Origin: Kiritimatiellia bacterium
GTDB taxonomy: Bacteria; Verrucomicrobiota; Kiritimatiellia; RFP12; UBA1067
Direction of reading: 5' to 3'
Assembly (NCBI GenBank): GCA_024405265.1
Contig: JAKSOZ010000002.1
Coordinates: 232 to 64,231, forward strand
Length of the DNA stretch: 64,000 bases
The notes beneath the pieces are model-generated. The model was not told the origin of the DNA. It did not search any database and saw only the letters and a program-made list of their open reading frames with translations. Position 1 is the stretch's first letter. Each line of letters opens with the position of its first letter. Shown here piece by piece: positions 18,292 through 27,581 of the stretch. A program made the position numbers and the translations under genes.

Positions 18292-19178
18292 CAGATGGAT
18301 GTGGTAAAATTTCGTAGCGCTTCTATGCGATCTTCCAGACTCGGATGAGTAGCCCAGATCGAAGTGCGCTTGGACTCGGTAACGCCAAAAGCTTTAAGCG
18401 AATCGGGAAGCGTCCCGGGCTGAAGATTACCAAGGCGACGTAGCGCGGCGATCATATAGACGGGAGACCCCAAAAGTTTCGCGGAACCTGCATCCGCAGC
18501 ATATTCACGTTTGCGGCTAAACCAAAACACGATTAAAGAAGCGACGATTCCTAACGCGAGGTCCATAACCCATACGACCGCCATATACAAAAACGGATTC
18601 GAATCGCGACGTCTTTCTCCTCGCGCGGCACTTGATATGACATGCGCAATCACTCGAGAAAGAATGATTACGAACGCATTGAGCACGCCTTGAATCAGGG
18701 TCAAGGTCACCATATCCCCATTCGCGATATGGCTGATTTCATGACCGAGCACTGCTCGAAGCTCGTCCTTCGTCATCTGCGCCATAATCGAATCGGAGAC
18801 GGCTACCAACGCCGAGTTCCTGAACGCTCCCGTTGCGAACGCATTGGCACTTCCATGATAAATCGCGACTTCCGGTGTTTTGAGATTAGCTTGGCGCGCG
18901 AGCGAATCAACTGTCGCCACGAGCCAACGTTCGGCTTCGCCTTCTCTACCATCCACAACTTTCGCTCCCGTCGAAAACTTCGCGATCGTTTTCGACATCA
19001 AGAGCGAAATAATCGCCGCGCCAAGGCCGTAAACGAACCCCCAAACGATGAGATAAGAATATTCTCCGAAAAGTTGTTCGATCGGAGCCCCGACAAACAT
19101 CATCACCAAAGAAGTGACGACTCCAAGCGACACCAAGACCGCGATATTCGTGATCAATAATAATAAGATTCTTTTCAT
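18291..19178 (-). CDS. htpX: M48 zinc protease HtpX
   Basis: HEISHIANGD (HExxH), 4 TM segments, 295 aa. Confidence 0.9.
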   Translation of the reverse strand: MKRILLLLITNIAVLVSLGVVTSLVMMFVGAPIEQLFGEYSYLIVWGFVYGLGAAIISLLMSKTIAKFSTGAKVVDGREGEAERWLVATVDSLARQANLKTPEVAIYHGSANAFATGAFRNSALVAVSDSIMAQMTKDELRAVLGHEISHIANGDMVTLTLIQGVLNAFVIILSRVIAHVISSAARGERRRDSNPFLYMAVVWVMDLALGIVASLIVFWFSRKREYAADAGSAKLLGSPVYMIAALRRLGNLQPGTLPDSLKAFGVTESKRTSIWATHPSLEDRIEALRNFTTSI

Positions 19179-19186
19179 GCGGTAGT

Positions 19187-19200
19187 ATTATACCACATTC
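19187..19200 (-). promoter_or_regulatory. extended -10 box GAATGTGGTATAAT, 8 nt upstream of the htpX ATG
   Basis: Minus strand TGTGGTATAAT-ACTACCGC-ATG. The ribF stop TAA (19190..19188) lies inside the TATAAT hexamer. Confidence 0.55.
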
Positions 19201-20009
19201 GCCACGTCTTTGGCTATCTGAAGCTTTAATTCTTCCAAAGAAGTGAATCGCTTTTCTTCACGAACGAAATCGAGAAATATCACTTCGTAGTTGGAGTTAT
19301 GAGTGGGAGTGATAAAATGGCGATCTGAATTCAAGAGGTGTACTTCGAGGGTAGGGGAAGACCAAGCGTCTTTATTGAAAGTCGGGGCGTAACCGAAGTT
19401 CGCGATGCCGAGGCTTCCATTGAGCTCCACCTTATAAACTCCGGTCTTTAAAGCCATAGGCTTCTTAGGCCGGATATTAATCGTCGGATACCCAAGTTCT
19501 TTACCCTTACCTTTACCCTTAAACGTTACTCCACGAACCTTATAAGGACGTCCCATCATTTCCGCAGCCGCTTTGACTTCTCCATTCAAAAGCGCCGCAC
19601 GAATTCTAGTCGAAGAAATAGGTTCACTATGATAAGTAGCATAGGGAACGACCTCTGCCTCGTAGCCGTGAGCTATTAGCCAGTCGATATTCCCGACTCC
19701 GCCCTTCCCGAACGTCCAGTTCGCGCCCGAATAGACTTTCTTTCCCTTGAAATGCTTTTCCGCAAATTCCTCGGCACTCATCGAAGCGAGCTCCCGGGTA
19801 AATTCAAGGACGGTCGTGGGCTTCCCGATAGAGGCGAGGCGCTCCTCATTAGACATGATAAGGCGCGGCGCTTTTTCAGGGCAAAGGACTTCAAGCGGGT
19901 GCGACGAGAATGTAAGCGCCGACTCGGCTTTGTCCAGAATCTCTTGATGGCCTAAGTGGACGCCGTCGAAGAATCCTACCGCAACGCTTTTGAAAGCGGC
20001 ATCACGCAT
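19188..20009 (-). CDS. ribF: bifunctional riboflavin kinase / FMN adenylyltransferase
   Basis: FDGVHLGHQEIL (FAD synthetase) and C-terminal kinase part (GYPTINI). The start is uncertain because the ORF overlaps the truB end by 34 nt. Confidence 0.82.
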   Translation of the reverse strand: MRDAAFKSVAVGFFDGVHLGHQEILDKAESALTFSSHPLEVLCPEKAPRLIMSNEERLASIGKPTTVLEFTRELASMSAEEFAEKHFKGKKVYSGANWTFGKGGVGNIDWLIAHGYEAEVVPYATYHSEPISSTRIRAALLNGEVKAAAEMMGRPYKVRGVTFKGKGKGKELGYPTINIRPKKPMALKTGVYKVELNGSLGIANFGYAPTFNKDAWSSPTLEVHLLNSDRHFITPTHNSNYEVIFLDFVREEKRFTSLEELKLQIAKDVANVV

Positions 20010-20683
20010 GAAGCGAAATCCTTCATCTCGGTTTCGAGAAGCATATCGAAGCGAATCGCCTCTTCGATCGAGAACTTGCCGATTTTCGTGCGACGAAGCG
20101 AAGCGAGCGTCCCGCCCATGTCCCGAACGAGCGCTCTTACGATCACGTTCTTATCGCACTTGAGCGAAAACGCCTTCACCCCTTGACCTTGAACTTCCAC
20201 TTGACCTTGACCTAAATCCTTGACCTCTAACCTATACACGTGCGCCATAAACTGCTTGTGTTCGCCGGTATCGACAACGGAATAAAGCGCTTCCCCTTCC
20301 TTCTTCACCGAGCAGAACTTAGGCTCGGTAAGAAAAACGTCGCCGCGGAATTGGGAAAGATCAGGTGAAGGTGTAGGTGAAGGTGAAGATATGTTCTCAC
20401 CGTAGATGTCGCCGGTATTCGTAAGCCTCGAGAAATCGATAGTGCCCTCGAATTCTTTCGTTTCGTTCATCACTCTATCGACGAATTTGTTCGCGTCGCC
20501 GATAAGGAGAATGAAAAGCCCGGAGGCCATGGTATCGAGGGATCCGCCGTGACCTACCTTGATAAGACCGAAACGGCGCTTGATAGTCTTTACGATTGAC
20601 GAAAACGCGATTCCTGCCGGTTTATCAACGAGCAGGAATCCGTCCAGATTTTCAAGCGCTTTCAGTTGAGTTAAATTCGCCAT
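19976..20683 (-). CDS. truB: tRNA pseudouridine(55) synthase, short form without PUA domain
   Basis: LLVDKPAGIAFSS and KVGHGGSLDTMASG (catalytic Asp). Contains two low-complexity inserts encoded by hexamer repeats. Confidence 0.87.
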   Translation of the reverse strand: MANLTQLKALENLDGFLLVDKPAGIAFSSIVKTIKRRFGLIKVGHGGSLDTMASGLFILLIGDANKFVDRVMNETKEFEGTIDFSRLTNTGDIYGENISSPSPTPSPDLSQFRGDVFLTEPKFCSVKKEGEALYSVVDTGEHKQFMAHVYRLEVKDLGQGQVEVQGQGVKAFSLKCDKNVIVRALVRDMGGTLASLRRTKIGKFSIEEAIRFDMLLETEMKDFASCVMPLSKALR

Positions 20684-20704
20684 ATGCTAACAACTAACCA
20701 CTAA
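20684..20704 (-). repeat. 7-nt periodic stop-rich intercistronic spacer
   Basis: Sense strand TGA TTAGTGG TTAGTTG TTAGCAT ATG. TAG falls in all three frames. Confidence 0.55.
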
Positions 20705-21055
20705 TCACTTGTTCTCAAGATCAGTCAGAATCTTAAGAACCTCATCACCCTTTTCAAGCGAGAGATCAAGTTGGAAAACAAGACGAGGAGTGAACTTCAT
20801 CTTGACTTCCTTATTGATGATCTGTTGAAAGCGCTTCGCGTTATGCTTTAAGTGCTGAATCGCCGTTTCCTTGACATTATCTTCGCCGAAAACGCTTACC
20901 TTTACAGTAGCATCGCGAAGATCCTTGCCGCATTTGACATCAGTCACGGTGATGAGGTGGGCCGGAATCGAGTCCCCCTGCATCACCGAGAACATCGACT
21001 CGGCGATAACGCGCTTCAAGAGCGAATTGATTCTTTCCAAACGATCAACAGCCAT
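20705..21055 (-). CDS. rbfA: ribosome-binding factor A
   Basis: 116 aa, RINSLLKRVIAE...PRLVFQLD. Canonical position after infB. Confidence 0.88.
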   Translation of the reverse strand: MAVDRLERINSLLKRVIAESMFSVMQGDSIPAHLITVTDVKCGKDLRDATVKVSVFGEDNVKETAIQHLKHNAKRFQQIINKEVKMKFTPRLVFQLDLSLEKGDEVLKILTDLENK

Positions 21056-21097
21056 AATTCATCACTTACAACTTATCGTTTATCACTCGCGTCCGCA
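21056..21097 (-). repeat. 7-nt periodic stop-rich intercistronic spacer
   Basis: Sense strand TAA TGCGGACGCGA GTGATAA ACGATAA GTTGTAA GTGATGA ATT ATG. Confidence 0.55.
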
Positions 21098-23614
21098 TTA
21101 AAGCGAACGCGGCAGCTCTTCCATCAAGTAGCATTCGATGATATCGCCGACCTGGAAGCCTTCAAAGTCTTGGAAGCAAACGCCGCATTCCTGCTGACCG
21201 GTAACTTCCTTGACTTCATCCTTGAAGTGGCGGAGGGTCTGAACCTTACCGTCCCAAACAACTTCCTTCTTGCGAAGAATACGATACTTCTCCTTGGCGA
21301 TAAGCGTACCGTCGAGCATCTGCGAACCCGCGATCTTTCCGAGCTTACCGATGTCGTAAATCGCCTTGATTTCGGCGTGTCCCTTGACGACTTCCTTGTA
21401 TTCCGGAGGAAGGAGATCAAGCATGCACTTCTTCACGTGATCAAGAAGCTCGTAAATGATGCGGAACGAATTGATACGCACGCCGTCATGGCGCGCCTGG
21501 CTCTGGACACCGGAGTCGTTTCCGATATCGAAGCCGACGATCGTCGCCTTACCGGCAGCAGCGCTCTTGACGTCAGTCATCGAGACATTACCGGTACCCG
21601 TACCGATAACGTTAAGACCGACCTTCTCGGACTTGATCTGACCGAGAGCTTCGACGATAGCTTCTAGAGAACCCTGAGTGTCGCTCTTGACGATAACGTT
21701 AAGTTCGCGACGACCTTCCTTGGCCATGCGATCGAGGAGCGCGTCGAGCGTCGCGGCCTTAGAGGAAGAAAGCTCAAGCTCCTTCTTTTCTTGCGCGGTT
21801 TGTTCGGCGAGAGTACGAGCGCGCTTTTCGTCGAGCATGACACGGAACTCGGCGCCGGCATCCGGCACGCCGGAAAGACCGGTGCACTTAACCGGCATCG
21901 CAGGAGGCGCTTCCTTGATGCGACGACCGTGATCGTCAATAAGCGCACGAACTTTACCGAAATGTTCTCCGATCAAAATCGCATCGCCGACCTTAAGCGT
22001 GCCGCCCGTAACAAGCAAGGTCGCACACGGTCCAAGCCCCTGCTGAAGCTCGGATTCGATGACATAGCCGTTCGCACGGCGGTTCGGATTCGCCTGAAGT
22101 TCGAGAACCTCGGCCTGCACGAGGATGTTCTCGAGAAGCGAATCCACGCCTTCGCCGGTAATACCGGACACAGGGCAACAAATGATATCGCCGCCCCACT
22201 CTTCAGGAGTAAGACCGGCCTTCTGAAGTTGTTGCTTGACACGTTCGGGGTTCGCCGTCGGCTTATCGCACTTCGTCATCGCGACCATCATCTGAACACC
22301 GGCCTGACGAGCGACGCGGATACATTCCTCGGTCTGAGGCATGATGCCGTCGTCGGCGGCGATGATGATAACGGCGATATCGGTAAGCTGAGCTCCGCGA
22401 GCACGCATGGCGGAGAACGCCGCGTGACCGGGGGTGTCGAGGAACGTGATTTTCTTACCGGCGATTTCAACCTGATAGGCGGAAATCTGCTGAGTGATGC
22501 CACCGGCTTCCCCGGCAGCGACGTGTTCCTTACGAATCCAGTCCATAAGAGTCGTCTTGCCGTGGTCTACATGACCGAGGAACGTAACGACAGGAGCGCG
22601 AGTCTTAAGACTTTCAATCGGGTCCTCCGGAATAAGATCGTCAGCGTCAATGGCCTTCAGAACCGGCTTCGCGGCGCTCTTATCACGAGCATGCTCGACG
22701 GTAACCTTAAAGCCATACTTCTGAGCGACCTTAATCGCAACCTCAGGTTCAACTCGCTGATTGATCGAAGCGAGAATCTTAAGGCCCATCAAATCAGCGA
22801 TAAGACGATTGGGCTTGATATTGAGCTTCGTAGCAAGATCCTTGACGATAACGGCTCCACGAATCGAAATCTCCTTCGACTCCTCATTGATCGAAATTCG
22901 TCCGGAAGGAGCGGTCTCACGAGAAGGATTGGCGAAAGCACGCTTTTCGAAGCTCTTCATCGCCTCACGATCCTTCTTGTTCTTCTTGGAGCCACGACCT
23001 TCATCTTCGTAGTCGTTGACGACCGGCTTCGGGGGTCTGGGTTTCGGAGCGGCCGCGACGGATATCGAAATCGAGCCGACAACAGGCTTCGCCTTCTGGA
23101 GCGGCTTGAAGCCCGAAGAAGCGGTAAGTCCGGTTTTGGCGGCGGAAATGGTCGGGATCGGTTTCTTCTGAGGCACTGCAGGAGCCATGCGAATCACCGG
23201 CTTAGGCGGTTCGACCTTGATTTTGATCGATTCTTTAGCCTTAACCTCTTCTTTAGCCTTAATTTCAGCCGCGACTTTGGCTTTCGCTTCTTCAACGGTG
23301 GCCTTGATAATCGCCTTCGGAATACCGGTTACAACACCGTTCGCAGCGATTTTAGCGACTTCAAGATGCTTATCGAGCGAAGCCTTCTCGCTTTCGATAT
23401 GCTCGGATTTGAGTTCAGCCGCGCGTTGAGCTTTGGCCTGACGCGCGGCAAGTCCCTCAGAAGAAACACCCTTCAAGGCGAGGCTGATGCGTCCGGCTTC
23501 GTCTCCGTTCATCGTACTGATCGCACTGGTAGCCTTAATTCCAAGCGAAGAGGCCGCTTTGATGACCTCCGCGCTCGTGACGCCGGCTGCTTTCGCTATT
23601 TCGTAAACTCGCAT
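21098..23614 (-). CDS. infB: translation initiation factor IF-2
   Basis: GTPase motifs GHVDHGKTTLMD, DTPGHAAF and TKCDK. 838 aa with an A/K/E-rich N-terminal region. Confidence 0.95.
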   Translation of the reverse strand: MRVYEIAKAAGVTSAEVIKAASSLGIKATSAISTMNGDEAGRISLALKGVSSEGLAARQAKAQRAAELKSEHIESEKASLDKHLEVAKIAANGVVTGIPKAIIKATVEEAKAKVAAEIKAKEEVKAKESIKIKVEPPKPVIRMAPAVPQKKPIPTISAAKTGLTASSGFKPLQKAKPVVGSISISVAAAPKPRPPKPVVNDYEDEGRGSKKNKKDREAMKSFEKRAFANPSRETAPSGRISINEESKEISIRGAVIVKDLATKLNIKPNRLIADLMGLKILASINQRVEPEVAIKVAQKYGFKVTVEHARDKSAAKPVLKAIDADDLIPEDPIESLKTRAPVVTFLGHVDHGKTTLMDWIRKEHVAAGEAGGITQQISAYQVEIAGKKITFLDTPGHAAFSAMRARGAQLTDIAVIIIAADDGIMPQTEECIRVARQAGVQMMVAMTKCDKPTANPERVKQQLQKAGLTPEEWGGDIICCPVSGITGEGVDSLLENILVQAEVLELQANPNRRANGYVIESELQQGLGPCATLLVTGGTLKVGDAILIGEHFGKVRALIDDHGRRIKEAPPAMPVKCTGLSGVPDAGAEFRVMLDEKRARTLAEQTAQEKKELELSSSKAATLDALLDRMAKEGRRELNVIVKSDTQGSLEAIVEALGQIKSEKVGLNVIGTGTGNVSMTDVKSAAAGKATIVGFDIGNDSGVQSQARHDGVRINSFRIIYELLDHVKKCMLDLLPPEYKEVVKGHAEIKAIYDIGKLGKIAGSQMLDGTLIAKEKYRILRKKEVVWDGKVQTLRHFKDEVKEVTGQQECGVCFQDFEGFQVGDIIECYLMEELPRSL

Positions 23615-23635
23615 AAACTATCAAGACTCCCTTAA

Positions 23636-24916
23636 TTATTCTTCGATCGACTGACCGGTAGTAAGCGCATGAACGGCTTTGGCCGCAGCATAAACGCCCT
23701 TACCGGTAATTTCATCAAGACCTGTCGAAGCAATGAAGCTCGCCTCGTCTTCTTCGGCGATACCGTCAACCGTGAGATAACCTGCGTCAGCCATCTGAGT
23801 GGCGATAGCGGTGGAAACAGAGAACATCTCGGCGAGTTCCTTAATAGCCTCCGCCTTCTGATCCTCGAAGCTCGCAAGCGCCATCGACTTCTTGATCTCC
23901 ACGTGCCAACCGGTCAGCTTCGTGGTAAGACGAACGTTCTGTCCGCGCTTGCCGATAGCGAGCGAATACTGATCCGCAGCAGCTACGATATGAACCGTAT
24001 TGGGCGCAACGGGATCGACTTCGATCGATTCGAGTTTCGCAGGCGCGAGGGCCTGAGCGACATACTGACGAATATCCTCATTCCAGCGAACGATATCGAT
24101 CTTTTCTCCGTTCAGCTCGCTGACGATCGAACGAACACGCGTACCGCGCTGTCCGACGCAAGCACCTACCGGATCGACATTCTCATTAGCGGTACGAACG
24201 GCAAGCTTTGCGCGATAACCGGGATCGCGGCTAACGCCCATGATTTCGACTACGCCGTCGGCGATTTCGCTTACCTCTAGACGGAAAAGCGCTTCCACGA
24301 ACTTAGAGCTCGAACGGGAAAGGACGACTGACGGGCCCTTCGCGTCCGGATCGACACGAAGAATGATGGCCTTAATGGGATCGCCGACCTGATAATCTTC
24401 GGTAGGAATTTTCTCCTTGCCGGGAAGAATCATTTCGACCTTCCCTACCGTCACATAAGTATCACGATGAGAGACGGCGGAAACCGTTCCGGAAACGATA
24501 TCTCCGATACGATCCTTATATTCGGAGAAGGTGTTCGTACGCTCGGCTTCGCGAATCTTCTGCATGATCATCTGACGCGAAGTCTGAGCGGCGATACGTC
24601 CGAGGCGCGAAGCAGGCATCTCGATTTCGATCGTGTCACCTTCTTTCACAGGATTGCCGTGGTTGAAACGCGTAGCACGAGCGATCGTAATGAAACCGGG
24701 GCCGGTTTCTTCGTCGGAAGCGACGAGCGTATCGTAAACGTGCAAGGAGAAATCCTTACGATCGATGGCGACGCGAAGATCGTTGGTGACATCATGATTC
24801 TTACGGGCAGCCTGCTGAATAGCCTGCTCAATCGCCGTAAGGACGATTTCACGGCTGACGCCGCGATCATTCTCGATGTGCTGAACGACTGCCAGCAACT
24901 GATTGTTCATTGCCAT
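23636..24916 (-). CDS. nusA: transcription termination/antitermination factor NusA
   Basis: The track ORF starts at TTG 24940. I prefer ATG 24916 (MAMNNQLL), preceded by AAGGAG with a 7-nt spacer. S1 and KH domains recognisable (GDIVSGTV, GACVGQRGTRV, AIGKRGQNVRL). Confidence 0.93.
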   Translation of the reverse strand: MAMNNQLLAVVQHIENDRGVSREIVLTAIEQAIQQAARKNHDVTNDLRVAIDRKDFSLHVYDTLVASDEETGPGFITIARATRFNHGNPVKEGDTIEIEMPASRLGRIAAQTSRQMIMQKIREAERTNTFSEYKDRIGDIVSGTVSAVSHRDTYVTVGKVEMILPGKEKIPTEDYQVGDPIKAIILRVDPDAKGPSVVLSRSSSKFVEALFRLEVSEIADGVVEIMGVSRDPGYRAKLAVRTANENVDPVGACVGQRGTRVRSIVSELNGEKIDIVRWNEDIRQYVAQALAPAKLESIEVDPVAPNTVHIVAAADQYSLAIGKRGQNVRLTTKLTGWHVEIKKSMALASFEDQKAEAIKELAEMFSVSTAIATQMADAGYLTVDGIAEEDEASFIASTGLDEITGKGVYAAAKAVHALTTGQSIEE

Positions 24917-24994
24917 CTTTATTCTCCTTGTTTCTGTCAAAAATCAAATACATCCCTGCGGTTCGACCCTAGGGATCGCCGAAATACTGCGCAT

Positions 24995-25008
24995 ATAATA
25001 ACATATTC
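24995..25008 (-). promoter_or_regulatory. variant extended -10 box GAATATGTTATTAT upstream of nusA
   Basis: Matches the AAATATGnTATAAT family with TATTAT as the hexamer. About 70-nt leader to the nusA ATG. Overlaps the 3' arm (as transcribed) of the secY terminator hairpin. Confidence 0.4.
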
Positions 25009-25041
25009 CGCCGGGAAATGCAACCCGGCGGAATATTTTTC
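25005..25041 (-). terminator. intrinsic-terminator-like hairpin after secY
   Basis: Perfect 11-bp stem ATTCCGCCGGG / CCCGGCGGAAT (25005-25015 and 25024-25034) with an 8-nt loop. Minus-strand tail AUGUUAUUAUAU is only moderately U-rich. An A-tract on the other side makes it look bidirectional. Confidence 0.55.
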
Positions 25042-25068
25042 GGCTTATTTATAAGTTCTTGTTAAAAC

Positions 25069-26466
25069 TTATCGGCCGCTGCGACCACGGAGCGAGCCGT
25101 GCGAAAGGCACCCGTCGTACTTACGAACGAGGAGATGCGATTCCATGATGCGCAAGGTGTCAAGCGCGACACCGACGATAATGAGAAGCGAGGTGCCGCC
25201 GAAGAACGAGGCGATCGCCCAAGGAATCGACATCCAACCCATAAGACACATCGGAATCAAGGCGACGATAAGAAGACCCGTTCCTCCGATAAGCGTAAGT
25301 TTCGTCATCACATCGTCGAGATATTCCGCCGTCGCACGACCGGGACGAATGCCGGGAATGTAAGAACCGTCCTTCTTCAAGTTCTCGGAGATATCGATCG
25401 CGTTGAACTGAGTCGCGACCCAGAAGAACGCGAAGAACATAATGAGAACGGCATAAGCGATAAGGTGAGTGACCGTCGGATTGGAGAGATCCTGCGCGAA
25501 ACGATTAAGCGTACCCGAAATACCGCTCGAAGTGGCATCCGTAACCTTCATAAGAAGCGCCGCGGGAATCTGAATGAGCGGCTGCGCGAAGATGATCGGC
25601 ATAACGCCCGTGTAGTTCACTCGAAGCGGCATGAAGGTCTGCTGCATACCGTAGGTATTGCCACCGCCGACCGAACGACGGGTCGTGTGAATCGCAACCT
25701 TACGAACACCCTGGGTAAGAAGAACCGTACCCATAACGACGAGGAGGAAGAAGATGATAACGATCGGAAGTTCGGCGATAGGAGCGGAAGCCTGAACGCC
25801 GGCAAGACCGAAATAACGCTCCCAGGCGCTGATGATCGCCTGCGGAAGACGCGAGGTGATGTTGATCATGATGATGAGCGAAGCGCCGTTACCGATACCG
25901 AAAGTCGTGATCTGGTCGGCGAGCCACATGACGAAGAGCGACGCGGTCGTCATGCCGATAACCGTCATAAGCTGGAAGCCGAATCCGGGATTAGCGACGA
26001 TTTCGACACCGGCGAAAGCAGGGCCGAGCGCACCAGGGTGGGAGAGCGCAGTCGCGATACCCCACGACTGAACGACGCAAAGAATGATCGTCAAATAGCG
26101 CGTGATCTGGGCGAGCTGCTGACGGCCCGATTCCCCTTCCTTTTTAAGCTTCTCGAGCGCGGGAATTACCGAGCCGAGGAGCTGGGTAACGATCTGAGCC
26201 GAGATATAGGGCCAAATCGACAAGAAGCCGATCGCGCACTGACCGAGCGCACCGCCCGTAAAGACTTCAAACCAATCGAGCATACCACCGCCCTGACTGT
26301 TGGCCTTGAAATCGGCGATAAGGTTCTGAAGCGCCTGCCAATCGACACCGGGAGTCGGAATCTGCGAAATCAAACGGCACACGAAAACGAGGCCAAGTGT
26401 AATCAAAATTTTCTTACGAAGTTCCGGAATACGGAATACGTTTGAAAAGCCCTTCATCATCGACAT
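25069..26466 (-). CDS. secY: preprotein translocase subunit SecY
   Basis: 465 aa, 10 TM segments, conserved N-terminus FRIPELRKKILITLGLVFVCR. AAGGAG-type SD (GAAGGAGAAG) upstream. Confidence 0.95.
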   Translation of the reverse strand: MSMMKGFSNVFRIPELRKKILITLGLVFVCRLISQIPTPGVDWQALQNLIADFKANSQGGGMLDWFEVFTGGALGQCAIGFLSIWPYISAQIVTQLLGSVIPALEKLKKEGESGRQQLAQITRYLTIILCVVQSWGIATALSHPGALGPAFAGVEIVANPGFGFQLMTVIGMTTASLFVMWLADQITTFGIGNGASLIIMINITSRLPQAIISAWERYFGLAGVQASAPIAELPIVIIFFLLVVMGTVLLTQGVRKVAIHTTRRSVGGGNTYGMQQTFMPLRVNYTGVMPIIFAQPLIQIPAALLMKVTDATSSGISGTLNRFAQDLSNPTVTHLIAYAVLIMFFAFFWVATQFNAIDISENLKKDGSYIPGIRPGRATAEYLDDVMTKLTLIGGTGLLIVALIPMCLMGWMSIPWAIASFFGGTSLLIIVGVALDTLRIMESHLLVRKYDGCLSHGSLRGRSGR

Positions 26467-26505
26467 AGTTATTTCTTCTCCTTCAGTTTGGAAATTATTA
26501 GAAAT

Positions 26506-26519
26506 ATTTTATCATAAAA
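26506..26519 (-). promoter_or_regulatory. variant extended -10 box TTTTATGATAAAAT upstream of secY
   Basis: TGATAAAAT lies 40 nt upstream of the secY ATG, in the 59-nt gap after the flavoprotein gene. Confidence 0.4.
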
Positions 26520-26525
26520 CCGCGC

Positions 26526-27581
26526 TTACCGCAAGGGCGATTTGGCAATCGCCATAACTGCCTTTCGAGCGGTCGAGAACGCGAGGGTCAAGTTGTAGCC
26601 GCCCGTAGGCCCGTCGATATCCATAACTTCGCCCGCGAAATAGAGGTGAGGAACGATTTTCGATTCCATGGTGTGCGGGTCGATTTCGGCGGTATCGACG
26701 CCGCCTATCGTCACAATCGCCTCTTTTACGGGACGCGGACGAAGGTTCTTGAATTGAAGGCGTTCGTGACCGAACCAAACCTCGATAATATAATCTTTCA
26801 GATTCTTATGGGCAATGAAGCGCTGGGAATTGTAAACCGCCGCGCCGGAAAGTCCGAACGACTCACAATCGACTTCGCCCTTATAATCGAAAAGCGTCGT
26901 CTTCCCATCGGGCGTAAGCACCTTCGCGCGTCCATCTTCGAAGCGCTGCCCCGCGAGACGCGTTATGCGAGGATCGCTCGTCTCAAGCCCGATAAGCCCC
27001 GACTGATAAGGAACGATCTTGTGTCCGAGCGCTTTCGCGAAATTCTGACCGTCGCCTACCGAGCCGAGCTTCGGGTAGCTTACGCCTCCCGTACAAAGAA
27101 GGACATTCTCCGCCCACAAAGTGAAATTCTTCATCCCGACGATAAAGCCGTTTTTCATCGGCTGAATCCCGGTAACCGCGGCATTCGTTAGAATCGGCGT
27201 TTCGCTGTCTCTTAAAAGGTCGCCGAAAGCATGAACTATCGTGGTCGCCTTTCCATCTGCCGGGAACATGCGCCCATCGCTCATGCGACGTAAGGGAATG
27301 TTCAACGACTTGAATCCGGCGATGATCTTTCTCGGACCGCACTCACGAATCGCTTCGGCAACGAAATCTCGGCAAGGCCCGACATCCTCGAGAAACTGTT
27401 CGGACGAGAGGTCTTTCGTGAAGTTGCATCTCCCGTTCGCGGTCATAAGAACCTTCGAACCGAGTCGCGCCTTGCGCTCGATCAACACGGCGCCGACTCC
27501 ACGCTCTGCGGCAACCGCTGCCGCGAACATTCCTGCGGCGCCTCCGCCCACAATCGCGAGTTTTACGCTTTCATGCTTCAT
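26526..27581 (-). CDS. HI0933/BaiN-like NAD(P)/FAD-dependent oxidoreductase (compact)
   Basis: Rossmann motif IVGGGAAGMFAA, GRCNFT, and C-terminal GEVMDIDGPTGGYNL typical of the family. 351 aa. Confidence 0.8.
   Translation of the reverse strand: MKHESVKLAIVGGGAAGMFAAAVAAERGVGAVLIERKARLGSKVLMTANGRCNFTKDLSSEQFLEDVGPCRDFVAEAIRECGPRKIIAGFKSLNIPLRRMSDGRMFPADGKATTIVHAFGDLLRDSETPILTNAAVTGIQPMKNGFIVGMKNFTLWAENVLLCTGGVSYPKLGSVGDGQNFAKALGHKIVPYQSGLIGLETSDPRITRLAGQRFEDGRAKVLTPDGKTTLFDYKGEVDCESFGLSGAAVYNSQRFIAHKNLKDYIIEVWFGHERLQFKNLRPRPVKEAIVTIGGVDTAEIDPHTMESKIVPHLYFAGEVMDIDGPTGGYNLTLAFSTARKAVMAIAKSPLR

Noticed and set aside
20174-20388. Short tandem repeats considered as a CRISPR array or contingency-locus microsatellite.
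   Set aside because: The units are only 6-7 nt with no spacers and no cas genes. The coding copies are in-frame multiples of 6 nt, so they would not cause phase-variable frameshifts.
21791-23635. Very long plus-strand ORFs: 614 aa at 21791..23635, and likewise 32081..34081, 25099..26445, 62192..63553, 59792..60988, 9578..10822 and 48566..49546.
   Set aside because: All are antisense to strongly conserved minus-strand genes (infB, efp/argD, secY, CANSDH, ilvC, tyrS and others). Their products are R/D/E/L-rich with no recognisable motifs, and none has promoter or SD context. They are typical shadow ORFs.
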